From Planctomycetota bacterium (GTDB lineage: Bacteria; Planctomycetota; UBA1135; UBA2386): a stretch of 64,000 nucleotides of DNA. The translations under genes were made by a program, and so were the position numbers. Numbering within the stretch: the stretch's first letter is position 1; each line of letters begins with the position of its first letter. Below, in pieces: positions 1-8,623 of the stretch. The notes under the pieces were generated by a model that did no database searches, was not told where the DNA came from, and worked only from the letters and a program-made list of their open reading frames with translations. The stretch spans positions 7,129,929 through 7,193,928 of the forward strand of contig OZ245838.1 in assembly GCA_965228735.1 (NCBI GenBank), in the 5' to 3' direction.

Positions 1-362
1 GAAGGCAGCTTCTCGACGAGCTCCCAGACCCAGTGGCCCGGCACCTCGTCGACCACCTCGTCGTCGAGCGGTGCGAACCGCTGTTGACGCTGACCGCGCC
101 GGTGATGATCGGTGACGCAGTTGCGGGCGATGCGGCCGATCCAGCGGTCGGCCAGGCGCACGTCGAGCAACTTCGCTAGCTGGTCGTAGACGCGAATCCA
201 GATCTCCTGGATCACGTCCTCGCGCGCGTGCGGGTCGCGCAGGCGTCGCCCGACGATTCGTCGCACCGGGGCGTCGAACGCGCTCACGATCTCCCCGAAC
301 CGGGAATCGTCACCGGCCAACACGGCCTGGACGGCAGCGGGAATTGGATCGGGGCGCGCCAC
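1..362 (-). CDS. ECF RNA polymerase sigma factor (3' end runs off the window)
   Basis: Manual translation from GTG at 362 gives ...AVLAGDDSRFGEIVSAFDAPVRRIVGRRLRDPHAREDVIQEIWIRVY..RWIGRIARNCVTDHHRR, a sigma region 2 pattern. Not in the ORF track because no stop lies in the window. Confidence 0.75.
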   Translation of the reverse strand, partial: MARPDPIPAAVQAVLAGDDSRFGEIVSAFDAPVRRIVGRRLRDPHAREDVIQEIWIRVYDQLAKLLDVRLADRWIGRIARNCVTDHHRRGQRQQRFAPLDDEVVDEVPGHWVWELVEKLP

Positions 363-467
363 GAGGATCTTGACGACGGCGAGCGCCGGGTCGTCAGAGA
401 AATCGTATCGCCCATCCAGGGTCGGCCCGGCGAGCGAGCGCGGTGGGCGTGATAGACTGCACGCTCG

Positions 468-701
468 ATGCCCGATCCCCGGATCGAACCCCAACCGACA
501 CCGCTCACGACGCAGCCGCGCAGTCGGCCGCTGCGTGCACACAGCTACAACCTGCCGCCGACCGGCCCGCTGCGCGGGCGCCACCGGCGGCACTTCGCAC
601 GCCAGGAAGGCACGGGCGTGCTCTTCCTGATGTTGATCGCGAGCGTCGGGGTCTACCTGCTCGGCGTCGGGTTCGGCTGGTGGGAGACGGTGTTCGGCTG
701 A
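468..701 (+). CDS. Small membrane protein (single C-terminal TM helix)
   Basis: 77 aa with a hydrophobic stretch after RQEG; a TAGACT -10-like box lies just before the ATG. Confidence 0.45.
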   Translation: MPDPRIEPQPTPLTTQPRSRPLRAHSYNLPPTGPLRGRHRRHFARQEGTGVLFLMLIASVGVYLLGVGFGWWETVFG

Positions 702-783
702 GCCGCCGAGCCTCGCGTCGAGCCGGCAAACCTGCCTGGGTCGGCCCCGACACGGATGCCTCGCGCCGAGCTATCCTGAGCTC

Positions 784-1821
784 ATGGTTCGCTTCGCCGC
801 TGCCGCTCTCGCTCTCTTGGCCGGGGTCCTCTCGGCCCAGACCCTCGTCGGCATCAAGACGGTGGGCAGCATGTTCCGGCTGGAGCGCGGCACCGGCACC
901 GCCTACCGGGCGGGCACGGTGGTTGGCCTCGGCAACGCGATCGTGCAGGAGCTGGCATACGACTCCGCGACCCGAACGGCGTGGCTGACGACATCGACCG
1001 ATCAGCTGTGGACCGTCGACCTCGCGACGGGCGCGGCGACGCTCGTCGGAACGTACGCGCCGGGCGGGATGAACGGTCTCGACTGGGACGGTTCGCGAGG
1101 GCTGCTCTACGGCGTGGCCGCGGACAACCGCCTCTACACGATCGACCCGGCGACGGCGGCGACGACGTCGGTCGGTCCGACGGGTCTGAGCGGCACCGTC
1201 AACATCGCATACGACTCGACGCGGGACGAACTGCTCGCGGTCGACAGCAGCACGATCAGTCTCCATCGACTCGATCGCGCACTCGGTCTGGCGAGCACGA
1301 TCTCCGCATTCAACGGTCCGGGGAGCCCCGGCAGCCTCGCCTACGGCGCCGCGGCGGACACCCTGTATCTCGCCGACGGCCTGACGCGCAATCTGTATCG
1401 CGTCGACCCGGCGACCGGGTTGGCGAGCCTGATCGGACCCTATGGCGGCCTCGTGGTGTCGGCCACCGCCGTGCTGCCCGCCGCCGACTCGACGCGACGA
1501 CCGCACGGCTGCGGCGTGACGCTGCGCGTGGACGGGTTGCCGTTGCTCGGCGGCAGCCTCGCGGCGGAAGTGCCCAACCCCGCGTACCCGACCTTCATCG
1601 GACTCGGTCTCCGCTCACTCACGATCCCGTTCTGCGCCTGCACGCTCGGGCACGGCTGGATCGCGAGCCGACTCGGTGACAGCGCGACGCTGCCGATCCC
1701 GAGCACCGCGACGTTCCGCGGCGTGCAGGTCGCGTTCCAGGCCGGTCAGGTGCTGACACCCTTCGGGTGCACGGTGCCGCAGGTGGCCTTCAGCGACACG
1801 TTCGTCTTCGTGATCGACTAG
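784..1821 (+). CDS. Secreted beta-propeller-like protein with the shared C-terminal domain
   Basis: Signal peptide; repeated LAYD...LY.VDPATG.A..VG blades; C-terminal LPIP...FRG...FQA motif. Confidence 0.75.
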   Translation: MVRFAAAALALLAGVLSAQTLVGIKTVGSMFRLERGTGTAYRAGTVVGLGNAIVQELAYDSATRTAWLTTSTDQLWTVDLATGAATLVGTYAPGGMNGLDWDGSRGLLYGVAADNRLYTIDPATAATTSVGPTGLSGTVNIAYDSTRDELLAVDSSTISLHRLDRALGLASTISAFNGPGSPGSLAYGAAADTLYLADGLTRNLYRVDPATGLASLIGPYGGLVVSATAVLPAADSTRRPHGCGVTLRVDGLPLLGGSLAAEVPNPAYPTFIGLGLRSLTIPFCACTLGHGWIASRLGDSATLPIPSTATFRGVQVAFQAGQVLTPFGCTVPQVAFSDTFVFVID

Positions 1822-2885
1822 CGGCACGAGGCTCGCAGGATCGCGCGCGCGGTCTCGGAGTGCGTCGCGAACAGGAAGTGGTCCGCGTCCAGCGCGTGGA
1901 GGTTCACCTCGGCGCCCGCCCCCCGCAATAGCTTCGCCACGGCTCGCACTCGTTCGATCGGGATGCGTCGATCCCTCGTGCCGGTGAGCAACACGATCGC
2001 CGCGCCGCGCATCTTGGACGGGTCGAACTTCTCGAGCGGCACGCCCGAGATCGCGATGCACGTGCGGAAGCGCGTCGGGTTCGCGGCGTAGTGTTCGAGC
2101 GCGCCGATGGCGCCAGCGGAGAGCCCGCCGATCACGGTGTGCCCCGGACGAATCGGGAAGTTCGCGAGAACGTGCCGGTGGACCGACTCGATGCGTTCGG
2201 TCGCGGTTGGTCCGTGCCAGTCACCGAACCCGAACGTGGGCAGCGCGACGGCGATCCCGTGCTCCTCGGCCAGCTCGAGCAGGGTGACGGCATACGATTG
2301 GAAAGGGCCGCCGTTGCCGTGCAGGAACAGCAGGAGCGGGAACGGGCCGGCCCCATCGGGCAGGACGAGACGGTAGTGCGGCCGATCGACGAGCCAGGCA
2401 TCGACGACGCGCGACGCCGATCGTTGGAGGACGGGTTTCCTGGACAGCTCGGTGTAGATCTGCTCGAGCGCAGCACCGTTCCGGATGGACGCGCGTTCAT
2501 CCGGCGTGAGCCCGAGCGCGGCCCCGACGCGCACGAGTTCGATCTCGGGAACGAGGCCGAACCATGGCGCCGGCGGCTCCTCTCCGGTCGTGAGGACTTC
2601 GCGCACCGGGGCGGCAGTGGTCACGGTTTCGGGCCACGGCAGCACCATCGCCGCGGCGCCGGCCGCTGTGACGAGCGCGACCGCCACCGACGCGTATCGA
2701 TGTCGTCGCGCGCTTGCCGCGATGATGCTCACGAGGCAGGCCGTGGTCAGCGCGGCGAGCCCGCCGATCGTCGGGCCGCCGAGGACCAGACACAGAACGG
2801 CGAGAGTTCCCCCGAGACTGATCATCGTGGCGGCCGCGGCCAGCCGGCCGCGGCCGGCCCAGGTCCTGACTCGGGTGGTCGGCAT
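1818..2885 (-). CDS. Membrane-anchored alpha/beta hydrolase (esterase-like)
   Basis: Three N-terminal TM segments; FLHGNGG, GGLSAGA nucleophile elbow, GTRD, DH. Confidence 0.8.
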   Translation of the reverse strand: MPTTRVRTWAGRGRLAAAATMISLGGTLAVLCLVLGGPTIGGLAALTTACLVSIIAASARRHRYASVAVALVTAAGAAAMVLPWPETVTTAAPVREVLTTGEEPPAPWFGLVPEIELVRVGAALGLTPDERASIRNGAALEQIYTELSRKPVLQRSASRVVDAWLVDRPHYRLVLPDGAGPFPLLLFLHGNGGPFQSYAVTLLELAEEHGIAVALPTFGFGDWHGPTATERIESVHRHVLANFPIRPGHTVIGGLSAGAIGALEHYAANPTRFRTCIAISGVPLEKFDPSKMRGAAIVLLTGTRDRRIPIERVRAVAKLLRGAGAEVNLHALDADHFLFATHSETARAILRASCR

Positions 2886-3054
2886 GGCGCAACGTCGAGG
2901 AACAGGATGATCGACTTGCCTCGTTCCTGCCGCAATAGGCTATGGGACCCGGCCAGCGTTCCGGTTGCGGCTCGTCCTTTCGCACGTGCGTCCTGGTATT
3001 CTCGGGAACCTCGGCGGCGCTCGCGACACCACTGCTCTGGTCGTTCGAAGGGCG

Positions 3055-3630
3055 ATGCACTCTCCCGAGCCAACCCGAACTCCGGCGTGCGCGAACTCGA
3101 CGCGCCGCGTCGCCGCCGTCTTCATCGCGCTCGCGGTGGGGCCGGTCGTCGCCCTCGATCTGACGGCGGGCCTGCTCGGCGTCGCGCTGCTGGCCGGGTT
3201 CCTGCTCTTTCGCGTGACGTTCGCCGTGCGGTTGCCGTCGTGCCGCGCGACCGCGGCGCCATACCTCGTGGCCATTGCGTGGCAGGTCGCGCACTTCCTC
3301 GAGGAACTCACGCAGGGGTTCGCAGAGCTCTTCCCGCGGCAGTTTGGCTGCCCGGCGTGGGCCGAATCGAGGTTCGTGACGTTCAACGTCGTCTACTACG
3401 CGATCTTCGGGCTCGCGCTGGCGGGCTTCCTCGTGCGGCGAGCGTCGCTCGCGGCGCCGGCGTGTGCGTTCGTCACCGCGACGCTGGTCGGTGGGCCGGC
3501 CCACACCGTGATGGCGCTGCGGGCCGGGGGCTACTTCCCCGGACTCATCACGAGCTGGGTCGGCAGCGGGTTGGCGGTGTGGCTGATCCGGCGTTGGCGC
3601 CGTCTCGCCGCCGGCGAGTGCCGCCGCTGA
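3055..3630 (+). CDS. HXXEE-domain membrane protein
   Basis: HFLEE motif, several TM helices, GGYFPGL motif. Confidence 0.75.
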   Translation: MHSPEPTRTPACANSTRRVAAVFIALAVGPVVALDLTAGLLGVALLAGFLLFRVTFAVRLPSCRATAAPYLVAIAWQVAHFLEELTQGFAELFPRQFGCPAWAESRFVTFNVVYYAIFGLALAGFLVRRASLAAPACAFVTATLVGGPAHTVMALRAGGYFPGLITSWVGSGLAVWLIRRWRRLAAGECRR

Positions 3631-3632
3631 GC

Positions 3633-4049
3633 TCACTTGCCCGGGTCGGTCGAGAAGAGCACCTCGAAGCGCGCGTCGCGCAGTTGCTCAGGCGTCATGT
3701 CCGGCGGCAGCTCGACCCGGAACTCGACCGGACCGCGATCGGGCAGGTCGACGACGATGGGGCGGGGGCCGTGCTCGTCGAGTCGGAGAACGTGCATGCC
3801 GGTGTCGAGCGTCCCGGTCCCGTCGTCGACGCGGATGCGGACCGGGACGTGCAGCACGTGCTGCACTGCCACGTAGCTCGCCCCGGCGCAGGCCGCGAGC
3901 AGCGGCGTCAGCACCCAGATCGGCCATCGCGGCGAGCTGCGAGTGGCGGAGAATCGGGCGGTCATCGCCGCAGTCCGTGGCCGTTCGAACCAGTGCCGTG
4001 CAGCGACCCTGGTCAGCAGGTCGTCGAGCTCGCGGTCCTGCAGGGTCAT
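3633..4049 (-). CDS. Putative single-TM anti-sigma factor
   Basis: ATGA overlap with the stop of the upstream ECF; one TM helix (WPIWVLTPLLAAC). Confidence 0.6.
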   Translation of the reverse strand: MTLQDRELDDLLTRVAARHWFERPRTAAMTARFSATRSSPRWPIWVLTPLLAACAGASYVAVQHVLHVPVRIRVDDGTGTLDTGMHVLRLDEHGPRPIVVDLPDRGPVEFRVELPPDMTPEQLRDARFEVLFSTDPGK

Positions 4050-4702
4050 CGCTCGCCTCCGCCTCCGCCTTCGCCTCTGCCTTCGTCCCGGCCGAGCGCG
4101 CGCCGCAACTTCGCGCGCGCGCGCGAGAGCCGCGACTTCGCGGTCCCCTCGGCGATGCCGAGGATGGCCGCCGCGTCCTTGAGCGGGACGCCGTCGAGGC
4201 AGTGCAACGAGACGATCGCCTGCTGCGCGACGGGCAGCGCGTCGATCGCGATGCGCGTGTGCCGGAGTTCGTCGCTCTCGTCGAACGTGTGGTCGGGGTG
4301 CTCGTGCGCGGGGAACAGCGGCGCGAGCAGTCGCCGGGCCCGGCGCTCGAGTGCACGGCGCCGCAGCAGGCGGCACACGGTGTAGGTCGCGATGCCGAGC
4401 AGCCAGGACTCGACCGGGACGTCGCCGCGATACTGCGACCGACTGCGGAACGCGCGCAGGAAGACCTCGGCCGTGATCTCCTCGGTCTCGTCGCGGTCGG
4501 CGAGGCGGCGATACACGTGCGACGCGATGCGGCGGTAGCTGCGTTCGTAGATCGCGACGAAGCCGGCGATGTCCGTAGCGTCAGTTTCGCCGCTCTCCGT
4601 CCGGGGATCCGAGGCGCCGCGTTGGCTGGCGGGGCGCGAGCTGGTCGGCCTCGGGTCTGGCCAGGGGGCGCTCGGCATCGCGGAGTCGGACATCGTCACC
4701 AT
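4046..4702 (-). CDS. ECF sigma factor
   Basis: EEITAEVFLRAF, WLLGIA, and region 4 AAAILGIAEGTAKSRLSRAR. Confidence 0.9.
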   Translation of the reverse strand: MVTMSDSAMPSAPWPDPRPTSSRPASQRGASDPRTESGETDATDIAGFVAIYERSYRRIASHVYRRLADRDETEEITAEVFLRAFRSRSQYRGDVPVESWLLGIATYTVCRLLRRRALERRARRLLAPLFPAHEHPDHTFDESDELRHTRIAIDALPVAQQAIVSLHCLDGVPLKDAAAILGIAEGTAKSRLSRARAKLRRALGRDEGRGEGGGGGER

Positions 4703-4825
4703 ATGGTGTCACGGATCGCCGTCGGGTTCCGGGGGCGGGGGGATTTCCCTGCCCGGTCGAACCCGCGGGGCGCCGAGTCCGAATTGCCGTGGAACCTCGG
4801 GCCCTTCGGCGACACTTCACCCGTG

Positions 4826-6172
4826 ATGAACCACCGGTCCCGGCGCGTGTTCCTGACCCGTTTCGTTGCTGCCCTGCTCGCGTTGCCGATCGTGGGCCAG
4901 GACCCTGCCAGCGAGGAGGCGGGCAAGCCGTGGCGCGAGATGCTCGCCGCGAAGCCCGGCGCATGGGCTGCGCCCGCCGCCGAAGTCGTGTGGCGCACGG
5001 ACCTGCGCGCAGCGCTGCGCGAGGCGGCGGCGGCCGATCGGCCGCTGTTCGTCACGCTGCGGTGTCTGCCGTGCAAGCAGTGTGCGTCGTTCGACCAGGA
5101 CGTGCTCGAGGGCGGGCCCGAACTGACACCGCTGTTGCGGCAGTTCGTGACGGTTCGTCTGACGGATGCGATGCAGATCGACCTCGCACGACTGCCGGTC
5201 GAAGGGTTTCAGGACTTCGACATGTCGTGGTGGGGTTGGTTCCTGTCGCCGGAGTCGCAGGTGTACGGCGTGTTCGGCGGCCGCGACGAGGTGTCCGACA
5301 CGACGCGGATCAGCAGCGCGGCGCTCGCCGCGACGATGCGACGCGTCCTCGATCATCACCACACGCCCGGTCGCCGCGAGTGGAACGTCGACGGGCCGGC
5401 TGTCGCGGACGATGTGGCCCCGACCTCGCCGGGTCAGTTGCCGGGTTACGAGTCGTGGCGGCGGCAGTCGCTCGAGGCGCCGAAGCAATCGTGTCTCCAT
5501 TGCCACCAGGTCGCCGAGATCCTGCGGCAGCCGGCAATCGATGCCGACGAGTTCGACAAGGCGGCGCTCGCGCCGTGGCCGCTGCCCGAGAACGTCGGGC
5601 TGAAGGTCGACCGCGACGACGGTCTGCTCGTGACCGAGGTGCAGGAGGGTTCGCCCGCGGCGCGGATCGGTGTCGCGGCCGGTGATCGACTCGCCGTGGC
5701 GGATGGCCGTCGACTGTTCGGTCAGGCTGACCTGCGCGCGGCGTTGCATCGCCACGAAGAACCCGACCCGCGCATCGGGCTCGGGTGGCGGCGCGGCGAC
5801 GAGTTCCTGACCGGATCCCTGACGCTGACGGGAGAGTGGCGCAAGACCGTGCTCGACTGGCGGATGTCGGTATCGCAGGGCAACCTCGGCGTGGGGCCCG
5901 GGTTCTTCCCGCTGCGGGCGCGAGGGGGCGGCGGCGACGGCATGGCGATCCGGCCGTTCTTCGGCCGCGACGTGCACCGCAGCGCGTCGCATGCGGCCGG
6001 CTTGCGGCAGCATCACACGATCGTCGCGGTCGACGGCGAGCGTCGACGCATGAACGGACGGACGTTCCTCACGTGGTTTCGGCTGCGCTACGGGCCGGGC
6101 GATACGGTCGTGTTCACGGTGCGCGAGGGCAACGCCGAGCGCGATGTGCGCGTCGTGTTGAGGAAGCCGTGA
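4826..6172 (+). CDS. Secreted thioredoxin-fold/PDZ protein with a CxxCH motif
   Basis: Signal peptide; RPLFVTLRCLPCKQC; SCLHCHQ; two PDZ-like segments (EGSPAARIGVAAGD; SHAAGLRQHHTIVAVDG). Confidence 0.8.
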   Translation: MNHRSRRVFLTRFVAALLALPIVGQDPASEEAGKPWREMLAAKPGAWAAPAAEVVWRTDLRAALREAAAADRPLFVTLRCLPCKQCASFDQDVLEGGPELTPLLRQFVTVRLTDAMQIDLARLPVEGFQDFDMSWWGWFLSPESQVYGVFGGRDEVSDTTRISSAALAATMRRVLDHHHTPGRREWNVDGPAVADDVAPTSPGQLPGYESWRRQSLEAPKQSCLHCHQVAEILRQPAIDADEFDKAALAPWPLPENVGLKVDRDDGLLVTEVQEGSPAARIGVAAGDRLAVADGRRLFGQADLRAALHRHEEPDPRIGLGWRRGDEFLTGSLTLTGEWRKTVLDWRMSVSQGNLGVGPGFFPLRARGGGGDGMAIRPFFGRDVHRSASHAAGLRQHHTIVAVDGERRRMNGRTFLTWFRLRYGPGDTVVFTVREGNAERDVRVVLRKP

Positions 6173-6251
6173 TGCGGTCGGTCGTCGTCGGATGCGGGCA
6201 CACAAGCTCCGTGTTGCGCCCGCCGAGATCGGTCGTGGCGGGCCGATCGGC

Positions 6252-6914
6252 TCAGCCGTTGGGCTGAGCGACGGTCCGCAGGTAGGGCTTGATGGTCTTG
6301 AAGCCGGCGGGGAACCGCTTCTTGGCCTCTTCGTCGCTCACCGTCGGCGGGATGATGACGTCGTTGCCCTGCTGCCAGTTGACCGGCGTGGCGACTTTGT
6401 GCTTCTCGGTGAGCTGGATCGCGTCGAGGGCGCGCAGGATCTCCTGGAAGTTGCGGCCGACGCTCATCGGATACGTCATCGTGAGCTTGAGCTTCTTGTC
6501 GGGACCGATGATGAACACCGTGCGCACGGTCGCGTTGGTCGCCGCCGTCCGGCCTTCGCTGGTGCCGGATTCATCCGCCGGCAACATGTTGTAGAGCTTG
6601 GCGACGTTCAGGTCGGTGTCGCCGATCATCGGATAGCCGGGCAGGGCACCCTGGGTCTCCTCGATGTCCTTGGCCCACGCGTCGTGCTGATCGACGGGAT
6701 CGATGCTCAGGCCGATCAGCTTGCAGTTGCGCTGCGCGAACTCGCCTTCCAGCCTGGCCGCGGCGCCCAGTTCGGTCGTGCAGACCGGCGTGAAGTCCTT
6801 GGGGTGGGAGAACAGGATGCAGTAGCTGTCGCCGATCCAGTCGTGGAAGCGGATCTCGCCCTGGGTGGTCTGGGCTGCGAAGTCGGGGACGGTGTCTTGG
6901 ATGCGGAGGCTCAT
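6252..6914 (-). CDS. 1-Cys peroxiredoxin (Prx6 class)
   Basis: LFSHPKDFTPVCTTELG, GRNFQEILR, ATPVNW. Confidence 0.95.
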   Translation of the reverse strand: MSLRIQDTVPDFAAQTTQGEIRFHDWIGDSYCILFSHPKDFTPVCTTELGAAARLEGEFAQRNCKLIGLSIDPVDQHDAWAKDIEETQGALPGYPMIGDTDLNVAKLYNMLPADESGTSEGRTAATNATVRTVFIIGPDKKLKLTMTYPMSVGRNFQEILRALDAIQLTEKHKVATPVNWQQGNDVIIPPTVSDEEAKKRFPAGFKTIKPYLRTVAQPNG

Positions 6915-7190
6915 GGCAATCGGAAGGGCTCGGGGAGGACGCGACCGGGGGGTGGGTCGCCGTCGGCGGACGTCGGATGATCCCGGTTCCGGCACCAGAA
7001 ACAAAGGGACTCTCGCGTTGCGGATCAGCTCGGCGGGCAAGCGCGGCGGTGCGGTCGTCGAATCGGTGCGGTTGGCGGCCGGCGTTGGCCCCGGCGGCGC
7101 TCCGGTGCGGTAGAATCCCGCGACCGTCCCAGCCGTGGTTCCGGCCGTTCGTCGGATCACGTGGCGACGATTCGTCGAAGGAGATCGCTT

Positions 7191-8555
7191 ATGTCACTGC
7201 GTTTCGTGGTCCGTATCGCTCCCGCGTTGCTCGTCACCGCGCTCGCCGTTGCCCAGCGGCCGACCGTCGGGGCCGCGGCGCCGCCGATCGTCGCTGACGA
7301 CTGGCTCAACTGGGAGGGCGATGGGCCGACGCTCGAGTCGCTGGCGGGGCGCGTCGTGCTGCTCGAGTTCTGGGGCACGTGGTGTGGTCCCTGCGTGCGC
7401 GCCATGCCGGGGATCCAGAAGCTCCATGATCGGTACGCCGATCGCGGACTCACGGTGCTCGCGATCTCCTACGAACCCGCTGCCACGATGCGGCCGTTCC
7501 TGACCAAGAACGGCTACACGATGGCGGTCGGCTCCGACCCGGGGAAGCGAACGATCGCGGCCTATGGTGTGAGTGGCTGGCCGATGACGGTCGTGATCGA
7601 CAAGCAGGGCAAGATCGCGCACGTCGGTTCGCCCTACGACGCCGAGGTCCAGGTCGAGAAGGCGCTGGGGCTCGAAGCCGGGCCGGCCGCGCTGCTGAAT
7701 CTGTATCTCGACTCGGTGGCGGGCAGTGACGAGGCGGCGCAGCGCGACGCTCTCGAACGGCTCACCCAGAAGGCGACGAACGACTTCGATCTGCAGGCGT
7801 GGGCTCGGAGTCACACCGGGGTCGAGACCGTTGCCGACGGAGGTTCGGAGCCGAGTCCGCGTCAGGCCGGCGGCAGAGCAACTGGCAACGCCGGCGATGG
7901 AATCGCTGTTCTCGAGCGTTGCATCAAGTCCTGGACCGACGAATCACGACGTGCGTCGCTGCTGCAGCAGCTCGCGGATACCGGGCCCGCGAAGTTCGAT
8001 CTCGCGAGCTTCGCACGCGACCGGTTCGCGGACGCCTACCCGTTCAAGGCGAGCGAGCTGAAGGCCATGCTCGAAGCCAAACGGTACTCGGGAGTGGTCG
8101 ATGCGATCGCCGAGCGCAGACCTTCCTCGAAGGTGCTCGCGACGGCTGCCAAGCACCGCGACTTCGCCACGTTCTGCGAGGACAAGAGCGGGGCCGCCCG
8201 GACGATGGCCAAGAAGGGGCTCATGGCGCAGTGCTGGGTGTTCCCCGGCGCGTTGCCGGCGGACGAAGAGCTGAACGGCAAGTTCTTCGGCGAGCTCGCC
8301 ATCAGCGGGATCGCGACCAGCAAGGACAAGAAGACGATCACGGGCATCATGCTCGGTGGTGAGCTCGTCAAGAGCGACGAGGTCGAACGCTTCATCGTGA
8401 GCCACCTCACGCAAGCGCTCTTGATGGAGAGTCTGGGGGCCGGCAAGGCGCCGAAGCTGGGCAGGCTCGACAAGCAGTTGGCGAAGGAGCGCAAGTCGAT
8501 CGTGCGCGACCTCGAGAGCCGCTATGGCAAGCCGAGGTCGCGCGGCAAGGAGTAG
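7191..8555 (+). CDS. TlpA/ResA-like thiol-disulfide oxidoreductase with a long C-terminal extension
   Basis: Signal peptide; VVLLEFWGTWCGPCVRAMP; YGVSGWP. Confidence 0.85.
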   Translation: MSLRFVVRIAPALLVTALAVAQRPTVGAAAPPIVADDWLNWEGDGPTLESLAGRVVLLEFWGTWCGPCVRAMPGIQKLHDRYADRGLTVLAISYEPAATMRPFLTKNGYTMAVGSDPGKRTIAAYGVSGWPMTVVIDKQGKIAHVGSPYDAEVQVEKALGLEAGPAALLNLYLDSVAGSDEAAQRDALERLTQKATNDFDLQAWARSHTGVETVADGGSEPSPRQAGGRATGNAGDGIAVLERCIKSWTDESRRASLLQQLADTGPAKFDLASFARDRFADAYPFKASELKAMLEAKRYSGVVDAIAERRPSSKVLATAAKHRDFATFCEDKSGAARTMAKKGLMAQCWVFPGALPADEELNGKFFGELAISGIATSKDKKTITGIMLGGELVKSDEVERFIVSHLTQALLMESLGAGKAPKLGRLDKQLAKERKSIVRDLESRYGKPRSRGKE

Positions 8556-8623
8556 GGCCGCGCGACCCTCGATATCGAGGCGCGCAGCGAAGCGGACGAG
8601 CTCGTCGGTTGGCGTCGTCGCCG

